From: Felis catus
Lineage: Eukaryota
Direction: 5' to 3'
Assembly: GCF_018350175.1 (NCBI RefSeq)
Contig: NC_058368.1
Location: 223,884,001-223,948,000 of the forward strand
DNA: 64,000 bases
The notes under the pieces are model-generated. The model had not been told where the DNA came from, did no database searches, and saw only the letters and a list, made by a program, of their open reading frames with translations. The position numbers and the translations under genes are program-made. Below are positions 13,330 through 26,596 of the stretch, piece after piece; positions within the stretch are counted from its first letter, which is position 1; the number at the start of each line of letters is the position of its first letter.

Positions 13330-15410
13330 CTGATACTCTGGAAACTGTGTCTCCTCTTCTCCAGGACCAGCCTATTCCTTGCACACCATCTCATGCCCTC
13401 TGCACGTATGAAGAGCATCGCCAACGTGTGATGTATTTTGTTATAAGTATATTCCTTTCTACTGACGCATTCACATCAGCCAAAAAGGACATTTTGGTCC
13501 TACCTTAAAAATAGCCTGTCTTTTCTGTACTACCTCTACAACCACCACTCCAGTTTTTGGCTTCCTTTAACATGCAGACTCCTCAAAAATTATTCATATT
13601 TACTGTTTCCAACCCCTCTTCTATTTTCTCTAAAAATCTCTTACTTGCAATATTTTGCCTCTACTCTGCTAACAAATACAATGCTCACCAATGCCCATTT
13701 GGGAAATCCCCTAACCAGGAGGTCTCAACCTACTTGTCTACCCAGCAGCCTTCGTCTAAGTTGATGATTTCATGTGTCTTAAAGAGTTTTCTACATTTGA
13801 CTTCTTGGGTATTACAATGCCATTATTTTTTTAATCACTGGCCACTGTTCTCTCTCTTTTGCTGGTTCCTCCTCATCGTTCCAGGCACTCAATTTCAGAG
13901 TCCTCAAAATTCAGATATTGAGTTGTTTCTTTTGTTGTTGTTGTTGTCTACATTTGTTGCTTAGTGATTTTATCTAGTCCCCAGTGTTAAACACTCTACA
14001 CACACTGGGCTCTGCCTTTATTAGCATCGATTCCCCAAAAAGAGATCTTGAGATGAGGATTCAAGTACAAGTGATTTGAGAAAAAAATCCTGTGGGTTGG
14101 GGAGACATTAGAAAAATAGGGAAGTTAGTCAGGAAACTCATGGAGGCAAAAAACAAAACAAAACCAAAAACCTTGTTATTAAGCAAGTTATCGATACGAG
14201 TCAGCTTGAAAATCCCATTAGGGAACCGTGAGAATCAGAGAAGCATATATGGCTAAGTGGTCCCACCTGAGGGGTAAGAAAACACAGGAATATTTATCCA
14301 CTCTGATCATTCAGTCACTGATTGAGGGCTCCTCCAAGAGGATGTTAATTCCTCCACAGTTTTGACCAGTTTGGGCTACTGACCCCAGGATTAAAGAACC
14401 GAAGGCAAAAAAATCACAGCCTGAACTTGTGTAAGTTTGCAAGTATATGAAAAACGTTATCTCTACTAAGATTTCTAGGGCATCTCAACAGTGTGTTCAT
14501 CGTGGATTTCCCGGTCTCACACATGCTCCGCATTTATTTCTCCTGCAATTCCCTCATTTCAGGAAATGGTAATTCCAAATTTGCAACTGCTCAGACCAAA
14601 AGGATTGGGGTCACTTCTGAATCTCCTGGTTGTCTCACACTACCCTTCTTACTGGCCCCCCATCCAATCTGTCTACACACCCTGAGGGCTTCTCTCACTC
14701 TCTCTCCACCACCCCCCCCCCATTCCTTGGCTACCACCAATCTGAGGTAGAATATGGTGGCAATTTTCTAACTCATTTATTTCATTCTGCTGTGTCTTCC
14801 TTTATATCATCCAGAATGATTCTGACCAAAAACTAAAACCCATCATGTAATTCCTCTGGTCAAACCTTCTAGTAGCATTCCATATCACTCATAGTAAAAG
14901 CCAGTGTCTGAAAAGTACCTACAAGAAACTTGAAAGATGTGCCCCCAGGATTAACTCTCTAAACTCATCTACCACTTTCCTATTTGCTGGGTCCAATCCA
15001 GTGAGGCTGATCTCTACGCTTTACCTTGGACGTGAGAGAATGATTCCTTTTAGTGCCTTTGCATGGGGTGGTCTCTCCTCGAAATATTCTCATCCCATAT
15101 CCACTAGTTCAATCACCTCCTACCTATTGGTTATAATACTTTCCCTGAAAAACCTATTTAAAATTTCCAGTTCTCGCCCAGTTACCATCTCCCGTTCCTG
15201 TATTTTGTTCTTATGACATTTACCACTGAATGGAATAGTAGATAGTATTTAAATTAAATACTTTATGTCCTTCTTCCATCTTGGAATAAATGTTGCAGGC
15301 AAATAGTTCTTTCTTCTGTTTTAATCATATATTTATTCCCCAAGCCTAGAACAATTTCTAATGCTAGTGGGTCCTCAAATATATATTCATTGTAGGAATG
15401 AATTTACTGA
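13330..15410 (+). mobile_element. L2 LINE relic, interrupted by an LTR fragment
   Basis: Pyrimidine-rich L2 motifs (catcatgtaattcctctggtcaaaccttc, catagtaaaagcc) and a tgaat-type 3' end; boundaries approximate. Confidence 0.7.
14010..14430 (-). mobile_element. ERVL/MaLR-type LTR fragment
   Basis: ttccccaaaaagagatcttgagatgaggattcaagtacaag resembles the reverse end of old ERVL LTRs; family unresolved. Confidence 0.5.
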
Positions 15411-15724
15411 ATTGTATATTTACTTGAGGATTAACTGGAAGACACTTGAAAAACAAATAATTTTATTTCATCCACAACAAGAGAATGCTTTATATTCAAA
15501 GGTGTTTATAGAACACAAAATAATATTAACACCAAAGAGCATATGAAAACAAAAACACCTCTGCAATTCATTTCAAATTCAAAACATTTTTACATTTTCT
15601 TATAACTCTTTTATATTAGTGTGTCTGGTTTCCTTACACCTTCGATTACTATTATTGTTACAGCTTTGTAAGGAGAGAGTTATACATAGAGCGGATTCAA
15701 AAACAAATAAAAAAATAGTATGTG

Positions 15725-15940
15725 AGGAGCATCTGGGTGCTCAGTTGGTTAAACGTCTGACTTCGGCTCACGTCAGGATCTCACTGTTTGTGAGTTTGAG
15801 CCCCACATTGAGCTCTGTGCTGACAGCTCAGAGCCTGGACCCTGCTTTGGATTATGTGTCTCCCTCTCCTTCTGTTCTTCCCCCACTCGTACTGTCTCTG
15901 TCTCTCAAAAAATTAAAAAATGTTTTAAAAAATTTAAAAA
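15725..15940 (+). mobile_element. Can-SINE
   Basis: SINE body with A tail; degenerate TSD aaaatag(t/a)at. Confidence 0.93.
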
Positions 15941-16597
15941 AATAGAATATAGTAAATTAGACCAAATGAGGGAAATTTCATTCAATGTCATCATGTGATA
16001 CTGACAAGGAAACAATTATAAGTTATGTTCAAGTGACAGTGGACAAGATATTTAATATAGCTGATGAATAGAAATATTAATCATTATATTAACATTTCTT
16101 TAAAAATTTCCCTAAGAGGTAAATGTGCTTCCCCCCCCACCCCATGCTTCCCCCCCCACCGCTGCCTCCATTTTTGTCTGGATTGTGTTGGAAAGCAAAA
16201 CAATCAAAATACATATGTTGATAGATCTCTTTGGATGAATATCTTTTGAAAGTAACATGCCTATAGAAGAGCAAAACTATATTCACACCAGTAGCATGTT
16301 TATCGTATAATAAAAACTAATTTATTCACTAATAAGTGTCGGTAACCAGGACTACAGTGTCTGACCCATCGTAAACTTGATAAATATGTAAATGGATAAC
16401 TGAACAAGAATTGCTAGATGTTACAGACACTGGCAAGGAGGGAGGAAAATGAATTGCCTATTCTATCAAACAAAGATTTACTTAGTTTAACAAAAAAAAA
16501 AAAAAAATGAGCTTGGGTGAATTAATTTAATCAAATAACCTGATTCATTTATTTCTGTTCATAAGCTCCTGACCTCTCCATTAGAAACGTCAATATA

Positions 16598-16817
16598 GGG
16601 GCGCCTGGGTGGCTTGGTCGGTTAAGTGTCCGACTTCGGCTCAGGTCATGATCTCACGGTTCGTGAGTTCGAGCCCTGCGTCGGGCTCTGTGCTGACAGC
16701 TCAGAGCCTGGAGCCTGTTTCGGATTCTGTGTCTCCCTCTCTCTCTGCCCCTCCCCTGTTCATGCTCTGTCTCTCTGTCTCAAAAATAAATAAAGGTTAA
16801 AAAATTAAAAAAAAAAA
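16598..16817 (+). mobile_element. Young felid Can-SINE
   Basis: ggggcgcctgggtgg head with CpGs retained; TSD agaaac(g/a)tcaa(t/a)ata. Confidence 0.97.
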
Positions 16818-17509
16818 AGAAACATCAAAATAGCAAATAAGCAAGAATATTTATTTAATTACTGATCTATTTCTCAGTCCGTAGACTATATGACTTTTTT
16901 AACTTCTGTTTTTGCCTTGGCAACAGGCAGAATATTTAGCACGTGGGAGTAGATACCCAAAACAGCCCTGTGCAATTACAACATAAATAAGACATATAAA
17001 TTTGTAGAAATGCGAGTTTTGATAAAAGGAGTGGCATGGATACAAATAAATCTGGGATGGTACCAGAGGTGAAATTTTCAGTTTATATAAAGGAGACTGC
17101 AGACAACAGCAACAAACCCTGGGGGTGAGAGAAGGTAAAACTGGGGGCAAAACGGGAATCTCCGGTCGTAAGGAATAAAGAACAAAATGGTGGAAGAAAA
17201 AAAAAATACCTGGAAAGAACTTTGCAAATTGGCGCATGGCTACATTGTCAGCAATCATTAGGAACACTTCTGACAGCTGTTTACAATGCTACTCAGAGAA
17301 TTCTTAAGCAGAGTCACAGGGTGACTATCATGGGGTGGTCTGGAAGCTCCACTTGGCCTTGGTCCTCCCAAATTTTAAGACCCTATTTTGTTACTATGCT
17401 TGTATTATTTCTGGAAGTATGTAAAGCCATTGAATATTAGTGGAGATGAGTTTCCCTATACCCAAATCATATTGTAGTTCTTGTACTAACTTGGCAGATT
17501 AATAAAACA

Positions 17510-17735
17510 AAGTGAATTGTGTCTTTACTAGTCTTAGTAATAATAAAAGTAAAAATAAAAGTAATAATAATAAAGAAGTAATGATAAAAGTAATAAAAAT
17601 TAAAAAAACGAAGTGAATTGTGTCTTTACTAGTCTTACTAATAATAAAAGTAATAAAAATAATAAAAGCAATAAAATAATAAAAATAATAAAGTAATAAA
17701 TAAAAATAATAAAATAAATAATAAATAATAATAAA
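17510..17735. repeat. Tandem duplication (~101-bp period) plus AAT-rich low complexity
   Basis: aagtgaattgtgtctttactagtctta(g/c)taataataaaagtaa at 17510 and 17611. Confidence 0.9.
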
Positions 17736-19099
17736 AGGAAATTTTTTCTGCAAATTAATACCATAAAACTGAAAATTCCTTGAAACACAAAGCCTTTTTA
17801 TTAAATGTTTTCTGGATTAATGTCAGACACAATTTATGAAAGCCATCACGAGGCTCTTGGAAAAAAAAAACAGTAAATAGCTTCTTAAACTACATTTTAC
17901 TTTTTTTCTTTCATGTGGTCTCATTATCTTTAAAAAAAATGTGTTTAGGGAGATGTGATAACGCTGAGTTTGTACACAGGATCATCGCATAGAGCACCTC
18001 GTTGGTTAATAGAAACGTTGCTAAAAGTTACAGCAGCGCGGGGTTTTCCCTTAGGCTATAAATAATAGATTACTTTTGTGTTTCATCCAATGCTGACAAG
18101 AAGAGGAATGAGTTGGCATCCATATGGTGAATATTAACTACATTTCTAGCTATTGTTGCGCTTAAATATTTAAGGCCTTATTTATAGATTGCAATAAAAT
18201 GCAATAAGGAATTAATATATTGAATATAAAATTGTAAACAAGATCGCGAGCTGTAAAAGCATTATAAAACATTTCTTCTCTATAAAATCTGCCTTGTCTG
18301 TCTAATAGATAACCTGCAAAAGTGTAGATTAATGACTGAGGAGCTGAATTTATCTCTTTGCAAACAATTGGGATCCTGATGTCAGCATTGATTAGGTGAG
18401 ACTGCATGGCATAGTGTCCTAGTGTCAAAAAATTGTTCTGGTGTTCTCAGTTCTCCCATTACCTGTGTTATATTTGGAACCTCTTTTGCAAAAGCCTGGG
18501 TTTTGTGATATGTGCAATAGGGGAAAATATATATATTCTACATTGATAGTACTCATAACAATTAAAATGAATATTTTTCTAGAAGAATATATACGTTGTA
18601 AAACATTTTAATGGTAATTTTTTTCGCTCACTTATTTTCTATGAATTGTAATTCCTTAGAGAGCTAGCTCTAATTCTTTCCATCTTTATCTAGCTTCCTA
18701 GTGCCTTACATATAAGAAATTCTTATTCAATATTTATTAAATGAATAAATTCAAGAATGAATAAATAAATAAATAAATGCATAATTTTGATCAACATGTT
18801 ACGTTTTCCAATGTCTACAGTGGAAAAATTCACTATGGCTGCCTATTGGCCATTTTAGTCTCCATAATTCCAATCATAGAATTAATTCTGATTTCCAATA
18901 GAAGCAAAGTTATCTCTGTACTTTCTATGGTGTTTTTGAAATTGGTTTAATGATATCTTGCTGTATGTGTACTTCATGCTTTTGGGGGCATTGTGATGTG
19001 AGAGAGGCTGAAAATAGTTACAGCTTCACACAAATTCTCATAGATTCTCATATTTCATCTCAATTTTCTGGATACATAAATCTATGCAGTGTAGTTTAC

Positions 19100-19290
19100 T
19101 AGAAGATGTACTTTATGTGGATCCACATGAACTTGGTATTACACCTGAACGTGCCACATACTAGCTGTGAGATGTAGGCAACTCATTTTTTTATTCATTA
19201 AGTTAGAAAACTAATATCTCCTACCTTACTCACCTAGAGAGTTGTAAGTACCAATTGGGTGAATGTATATAAAGGGACAATGCAAACAAC
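19100..19290 (+). mobile_element. MIR relic
   Basis: tgccacatactagctgtgagatgtaggcaactc...agagttgtaag. Confidence 0.6.
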
Positions 19291-19465
19291 AAACTGATCT
19301 AAAAATAAAACCAATGACTAGTTTGGGATTTTTTTTTAGCACACTCTTTATTGTTTTTAGCTTATTTCAAATAGTGTACTCTTTATGCAATGCCCAATAT
19401 GAAGCTATACATGAGGCAGTGGTCAATATTAGTAGTCTACTATATGAATGATTAAAAATATTCTT

Positions 19466-19684
19466 TTTAAAAAAATTTTTGAATGTTTATTTATTTTTGA
19501 GAGAAGAGAGAGCATGAGCTGGGGAGGGGGCAGAGAGAGAGAGAGGGAGACACAGAATCCGAAGCAGGCTCCAGGCTCCGAGCTGTCAGCACAGAGCCTG
19601 ATGCGGGACTCGAACCCCTGAACCATGAGATCATGACCTGAGCTGAAATCGGACACTTAACTGACTGAGCCACCCGGGCGCCCC
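19466..19684 (-). mobile_element. Can-SINE
   Basis: Full reverse SINE; TSD taaaaata(t/g)tctt. Confidence 0.97.
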
Positions 19685-20739
19685 TAAAAATAGTCTTGAT
19701 TCGAGCAAAGATTAAACAAAAATGTTATGGAAAAAGCAAGTCATTTTACGTGTAATTTTTCATTGAAGGATAAAAATGCAACAAATATAAATTTTAAAAA
19801 TACTATAATGCCATGCATTCTATCGTAAAACTAGTCACTATCTTGTTTGTGACATAGAATGAAACTTCTAGGGATGGATAGTTTTAATTATTTTTCTTAA
19901 ATTTTCTGATTATGTCCTAAAAAGTCACTTGAGTAGTTTTTCAATTAATGTTCTATTAAAATTAAGGTATTTTTTAAATTAAAAGTAGGAAGTTCACAGT
20001 GACTCTATCATCTTCTAAATGAAACTCAATATGTTGGAAAAGTTTCAGATTTGCACATTATTATTGTTATTACTATAAACAATAAAGTATAAAAGTATAA
20101 AAATGTCACTGCTGTTAGTACTTGATTTTTATTGATGTTTCCACTGCACATAAAAGATTCTATTAATTTCTGTTATTTATTCTACTTAAAGAAAATTATT
20201 TAAAATCTAAAAAAAAACCACAATCCAAAAATTTCCCCCATTTTTGGTTTTTATTTTAAGATTATATTCCTAGATGAAGCTGGTTGGCTGGAAGGATGGG
20301 CTATAATGAGCAGTATTTAGAGTTCCAGAATCATTATCATTATGAAAATATTTGATTTGTGATGACCTAGGCAGCAATGATCATGAGGAGTAAGGCATAT
20401 ACTTACATCATGATGTTTTTAGACACTGTTTCTTTTCAATAAAGAATATCAGAAATAGATTTTGTTCATTATCAATGGCATGATAAAGGGGGACAAAACA
20501 GGGCTACTCCCCCCAATAGTCTGAAAATACCTCCTGAGCACTTTCCCATTAGACTCAATAACACACCTCTCTTTCTATGTATTACTCTGCAAGGCAATAC
20601 TCATTGGGTGGATTTGTCAGAGCATAATGGCAGACAAATATTCTCATCCTGACAAGGTCCATATATTTCAACATAGAAACAGAAATTGGTACATAATCTT
20701 AAAGATTTCCCTTATACATGACACTAGCCGACTGGATTG

Positions 20740-21146
20740 GTCACCCGGTAGAATCAGGGACTCCATCACCACAAAATCTAGCTCAGATACTGAGACTCAG
20801 GATGCCACAGCTGCATTAAGAGTGTATGGAAAGATTTATTACTCACATAATGAGGCTTTATGAAGAGAGCAGGGCAGGTCCCCAAGCAGTCCAAAAATTG
20901 CTTCACAGAACAGGGAGATAGGACTGGCTTAGGGTTTCATGTTTTTTAGGGGGTGGGACTAGAGTATGAGTTCCCTTACATGGATCACGGCTTCTGTGGT
21001 TGGAGCTTCCCACCAGCACCAAAAGAAGCACCCAGGCTTTCTTATCTGCTTGCTCAGATGTGGAGCAGAAGGGGGGGCAGGAGTGTTGGGGCTTAGAAAC
21101 TTTAAATAGTCAGACATCAATAATAGAGTTGGACAATTTATTAAAA
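20740..21146 (-). mobile_element. Old ERV1-type LTR (probably the 3' LTR; MER110-like from memory)
   Basis: Minus strand reads ttgatgtctgac...ccacatctgagcaagcagataagaaagcctgggtgct...gtgagtaataaa; G-rich PPT-like tract just upstream. Confidence 0.6.
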
Positions 21147-22490
21147 CGAACCCCCAATATTTAACAGAAAACTGAAATGTGTCATGTTTCATTTAATTGA
21201 ATTTGAACTTGGCTTAATTAAGCCATTATGGTGCCTATAGCCTGAGGCTGGCAAGAGAGATGAAAGTTCTATTAAATGCCTTATTTAAGAGCCCAGCGCT
21301 GTGTCATTTGAGAAATCAAATGAGTGACTTCATAGCTATCGGTAATGCCTAGAACCCTGAAAGCCACAAGTAACATCTTGAAGAGGACATATACTGTTGT
21401 GTCAGAATGTAGAGAGACTTGCATGACCTGGGTTCCTATCTTGAGTAGCTAGAAGCGAGAACTTTGCAGAGTTTTGTACCCATGAGTGGCAACCTTGAAT
21501 AAGGAATGATTGGTGTCATGAGACCACTTAACCAGATCATTGGCAATGGTTGTGGGGTATGTGAAAATTTGCAAATGGATTAATTTGCAAACAGATTTGT
21601 TTTGTTTTGGTTGGTTTGGGTTGGGTTTTGCCTGGGCATTGGGGCTAAGATAACTGCCTGAAATCTGGAGAACTGTGCTCACCATTGGTTCTTATCATTT
21701 ATCAGGGACATCTGATCTGGTCAAGGCATGAAAACCAGCAGCTCTTCAGTAGATTCCACTAGGCTTGACTGCGGTGCTGGTCATTTCGTGGATCCCAAAG
21801 GGCTCACGAAGAGGCCAGGAGAGGACTTGCACCCGTCAGCAGCACCATGGCATCTCACAAGGAACGGAAGGCAGGCGGTACCACGCTCTTCTGGAAGTGG
21901 CATGGGCAGAGGGCTCAGGTTTGGATCCATCTTGTAGTTGCAATTTTCACATTAGCAAGGAGGACTTGATGGCTGCACAGGTTTGCAGCATGCTGATTTC
22001 AAGTCCCACAGCCTAAAAGGACGTTAAATATGGAAGGTCAGGGTCTTAAGGCCTTAGGAAGGTCTCTGTTCCAGGAAAATAAAGTATGAGTGCACCTGTC
22101 ATTCTCACAGCATGTAGCCGAGGACCAAGGAAGTCAGTGTTTGACTAGAAGTCCTTGGGAAACTTGTAGGCATCATGGAGAGTAAAATTTGTAACAATAA
22201 ATACATTACCTGTGAAACCAAAAAAAAGGGCTAAAATATTTTGGATTAGTTTTATTGTCAGCATGCTGACTGGGTCAATGGTTGTTTCTTGGCAATGTCA
22301 GGGATTAAAGCTGCCGAAGAGTTAAGAGGTTTTTGTATCTCTTCGTTTATATCTTGAAGACGACCTAGAAAATAAATACTATTATTCTAATTCTTCAGGT
22401 AAGAAATCTGGGTTATGCTTGCATTCTTTTGACTTTTTCAGGTCCAGCACTCTCTGATAGGCAATAAGGCTCTTTTTGGGACTATGATAT
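21147..22490 (-). mobile_element. Degraded ERV internal sequence adjoining the LTR
   Basis: Higher-GC block contiguous with the LTR through a G-tract; no intact ORF; far boundary uncertain. Confidence 0.4.
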
Positions 22491-22714
22491 CAGCCTCTAA
22501 ATTATACCACATGGAAAATCTTTGAAGGATACGTAAGAAATGATATATTCATAAACTGAGCAATACAATGTGATTTTCAGCAATATTAGTGGACTTAATA
22601 AAAATTTATATATTTACTTATCTGAAGTCTACTTACCTTATTAGAGTTATATATAATTTTCATTAATATATATTCCTAAACCCCTATGGTTAGTTGCCCT
22701 CTTGACACATATAG

Positions 22715-22862
22715 TTTTTGGGGTTTGTTTTTGTTTTTTTGAGACAGAGCTGGCGAGAGAGAACCCCAAGCAGACTGTCATCTCAATGCCTGACAAACCG
22801 ATCATGACCTGAGCCGAAATCAGGAGTCTGACATTTAACCAACTAAGCCACCCAGGTGCCCC
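22715..22862 (-). mobile_element. Can-SINE, internally deleted
   Basis: Reverse head; TSD acatatag at 22707 and 22864. Confidence 0.9.
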
Positions 22863-22879
22863 AACATATAGATATTTTT

Positions 22880-23093
22880 TAAATTTTTTGTTACATTTTA
22901 TTTATTTTTGATAGAGAGAGACAGAGCACAAGTGGGGGAGGGGCAGAGAGAGAAGGAGACACAGAATCCTTAGCAGGCTCCAGGCTCCGAGCCGGCAGCA
23001 CAGAGCCCGACTCAGGCCTTGAACTCACAAACCGTTAGATCATGACCTGAGCCGAAGTCGGACGCTTAACTGACTGAGCCACCCCGGCACCCC
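22880..23093 (-). mobile_element. Can-SINE
   Basis: TSD tagatattttt at 22869 and 23094, overlapping the previous SINE's TSD. Confidence 0.96.
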
Positions 23094-23241
23094 TAGATAT
23101 TTTTAAAGAGCAATATAATACGCTTTTGTTTCAAGTAGCTTGGGGTAATCTATAAATCTTGTTTCCCTCTGTCTCATTCCACATCTAATGTCATCAGGAA
23201 ATCCTATTGGAATTACTTATTGTTTTCTATTAGCACTACTT

Positions 23242-23465
23242 GCTAAAAAATTTTTGTTTATTTTTGAAAGACAGAGTGCAAGTGGGGGGAGGGCAGAGAG
23301 AGAGAGAAAGAGGGAGAGAGAGAGAGAGAGAGACAGAATCTGAAACAGGCTCCAGGCTCTGAGCTGTCAGCACAGAGCCTGATGTGGGGCTTGAACTCGG
23401 GAATGGCGAGATCATGACCTAGGCTGAAGTCGGATGCTCAACTGACTGAGTCACCCAGGTGCCCC
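23242..23465 (-). mobile_element. Can-SINE
   Basis: Perfect 16-bp TSD tctattagcactactt at 23226 and 23466. Confidence 0.97.
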
Positions 23466-23949
23466 TCTATTAGCACTACTTTTAAACTATGTTCAGTGGG
23501 CTTTAAATAAATAACTGCTAAAGCTAAAGACAAATAAGGTATTATGTAAATTCATTGAGGAATTAAAAGTTGAAACTGACTTTGCTTGTCATGCAAGGAA
23601 ACACACATTAATAAATTCACTGAGTGATGACTAAGGGAGAAAAGCCAAGGATTTTATGAGCAGGAAGATGTTAACCAGCGTGGAGAAGTTGGTCATCTGA
23701 ATCAGGTGGAAAATGTGCCAGTTTATACTTGGTTGGTTCAAACAAGTCTTGTGGTTCTTGGCCAGGGAAGGCTATTTGCCTGGGTCCGTTGGGCATCTAT
23801 CTGGTGAATGGGCTAAAATACCGATCAACCTCATCTGGTAGGTTGCTCAAAGTTCATCATTGTTTAACAGTTTGAATGCATTAGAACATTCAGTTAGTTA
23901 CCTTCTAGGCAAGTGCTGCTGCACATTGACATCAATCTTATTATAAATC

Positions 23950-24850
23950 TGAATTTCTCACTAAGTACTCGGCTGCTGCCCTAGATAAGACATCATCATC
24001 ATCACCTGGATAATTACAATAGCCTCCTACCTGGTTTCCCAGCGTTCATCCTTGTTTCCTTACAAAAGTGATCATTGAGAAACGTAAGTCAGATCATGTC
24101 ACTTTTCTTTTATTTTTTAATTTTTTTAAAAGTCCGTTTACTTATTTTGAGAAAGAGATAGCATGAGTGGGGGAGGGGTTGAGAAAGGGAGAGAGACAGA
24201 ATCCCAAGCAGGCTCCGTGGTGTCTATGTAGAGCCTGATGAGGGGTTTGAACTCATGAAACCATGAGATCATGACCTGAGCAAAAGCCAAGAGTCAAATG
24301 CTTAACCGATTGAGCCACCCAGGTGCCCCAGATCATGTCACTTTCCTATTAAAAAACCCAGATTTAACTACTCATTTCACTTGGAGTAAAAGCTGAATTT
24401 CTTAAAATGGCTTATAATACTTCAAACTTTCTATGCTATCACCCCGTATATCTGAATTACATTCTAATATCCAACATCACTTACTTTCTCCCCATGCACA
24501 TCTTTTTTTCCCCCGTAATACTGCTACTCTCAGGCCATTGAACTAGCTGCTCCCCCTGCCTGGAAATTATCCCCTAGATATTGACCTGGTTTCCTCCTTA
24601 ACCTTGTCAAGTTCTTCTCTATGGGGGCTAAATTGGCCACCCCACATACATCTACAAATTATTCGTTGTGTACGAAATTTCCTTCTTAAGAAATTCATAA
24701 TATTTATCACCTTCTAACATACTATATAATCTACCTATTCATACATCTACTTACTATGTTTTATACATTTCTTATCTGTCCGCAAAGGAATTTAAACAAG
24801 TAGACACATGCTTTCTGTTAGATTCACAAATATTTCTCAAGCATATAATA
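23950..24850 (+). mobile_element. L2 relic interrupted by a SINE
   Basis: cacctggataattacaatagcctcctacctggtttccc and tcagatcatgtcact L2 motifs. Confidence 0.75.
24106..24329 (-). mobile_element. Can-SINE
   Basis: Perfect 15-bp TSD agatcatgtcacttt at 24091 and 24330. Confidence 0.97.
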
Positions 24851-25251
24851 AGAAACTAGCATGGTTCAGCAAGGTCTGATAATTTAGCAAAACAGCATAT
24901 GTAAGGCCATAATGTAAATCCCCAAATTTAAATAATTTAAATTCTATTCTCTGATGATAAGCAATAAAACTGAAAATAAAAACAAAATATCAAAGTGAAC
25001 TTTCCCAGATGCAAATTTATTAGACAAAACAAATCTTAATAAGAAAAATAAGTTAGTAATATAAACTTAATACGTATATTAACCTCTTTTTCCCTTTGAG
25101 ATACTTTAGTTCTGTTTTTGGTTGTTATTGTTCTGTATTTATAATTAAAATATGTGTTTGAAATAGGAAACTGGTGATTATTCTTTTGTGAGTAAACCTT
25201 AGCTATATTCAATTATGTTTTTGATTTTTTTCCATATATTCTGCTATTTTT

Positions 25252-25461
25252 TTAAGTTTATTTATTTATTTTGAGAGAGAGACAGAGAGAGAAAACAGGA
25301 TAGGGGCACAGAGAGAGAGGGAGAGAGACAGAGAATTCCAACCAGGCTCCATGCTGTCAGCACAGAGCCGGACACGGAGTTTGAACTCATGAACTGTAAG
25401 ATCATGACCCAAGTTGAAACCAAGAGTCTGACACATGACCAACTGAGCCATCCAGTCTCCC
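25252..25461 (-). mobile_element. Can-SINE
   Basis: TSD atattctgctattttt at 25236 and 25464. Confidence 0.95.
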
Positions 25462-25813
25462 TCATATTCTGCTATTTTTGATTTGCTTTTAACTGGACCC
25501 AAGCATTGCTTAACAAATTTTTAGACCTGTTTTTCGTTTGTTTGTTTGTTTGTTTGTTTGTTTTTGCCAGAATATGTTGTTTGTAATATTTCAGCTATTG
25601 ATTCCTACAAATAGTGTACCATATTAAATAATCTCTGTTTTTGCTAAATATTACCTCTTTTGTGGCTTGATAACTAGCTATTTTTGAAATCAATATTTTA
25701 ATGGTCACTTGAGAAATAGTGATTTCCGCACAATAGAATTGTGGAGTGAGTTTATAAGGGAGATCACAGGTGCTAGCTGTATTTACATCTTATTTGGTGT
25801 ATTTTTAAAAATG

Positions 25814-26055
25814 TCCTGAGAAACTTAACAGAAGACCATGGGGGGAGGGGAAGAAAAAAAAAAAAAGGTTGCAGAGGGAGGGAGCCAAAACATAAGAGAC
25901 TCTTAAAAACTGAGAACAAACTGAGGGTTGATGGGGGGTGAGAGGGAGGGGAGGGTGGGTGATGGGTATTGAGGAGGGCACCCGTTGGGATGAGCACTGG
26001 GTGTTGTATGGAAACCAATTTGACAATAAATTTCATATTAAAAAATAAAAAAATT
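25814..26055 (+). mobile_element. Young felid L1 3'UTR, 5'-truncated
   Basis: tcctgagaaacttaacagaagaccatgggg...ggaaaccaatttgacaataaatttcatatt plus A tail; short TSD aaaatg. Confidence 0.95.
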
Positions 26056-26545
26056 AAAATGCCATTTTGGTAACCAAATGCCTTTTTATTATATATTTTA
26101 AATTGGAATCCAAATTAAATTAGATTGTGTTTAGAATTATCCATATTAATTATAAAATCTAAGCCATTTGTAGGAAAAGAGGGACAAGTTTGTTGAGTAT
26201 TTTAAAAACTAATATCTGTGATTTGTGGAAATATAAACAAAAGGTATTAAACTTAGCCTTGGAAACCTTGTGCATCTATGCACATCAAAGAAGAGGAATC
26301 ATAATCTCTTCACCTCATTTTTATTTATACAAATATGTTCAATAAGGTTAATTAAAAGTTTTTATAGTTTGAAAGTAATATAATACTTTTTTTTTCTTTA
26401 GCTCATTCTTGTTTTGTTCCCAAACTGTAGTAAATTAAAAAATTCACACATAAAAATAATATGTAGAGTTAACAATAAAGAGTATGAACAATAAAGTCTC
26501 TAGAAATAAAATTCAGGCTTAGTTCTTTGATATAAACTAACACTA

Positions 26546-26548
<3 letters not shown>

Positions 26549-26592
<44 letters not shown>
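26549..26592. repeat. (TA)n microsatellite
   Basis: Read directly. Confidence 0.95.

Positions 26593-26596
<4 letters not shown>

Noticed and set aside
17205..17290. Possible minus-strand coding exon (CKQLSEVFLMIADNVAMRQFAKFFP)
   Set aside because: Weak splice sites, no recognised homology and no partner exons.
17510..17660. Direct repeats with spacers resembling a CRISPR array
   Set aside because: Only two units with low-complexity spacers, in mammalian DNA with no cas genes.
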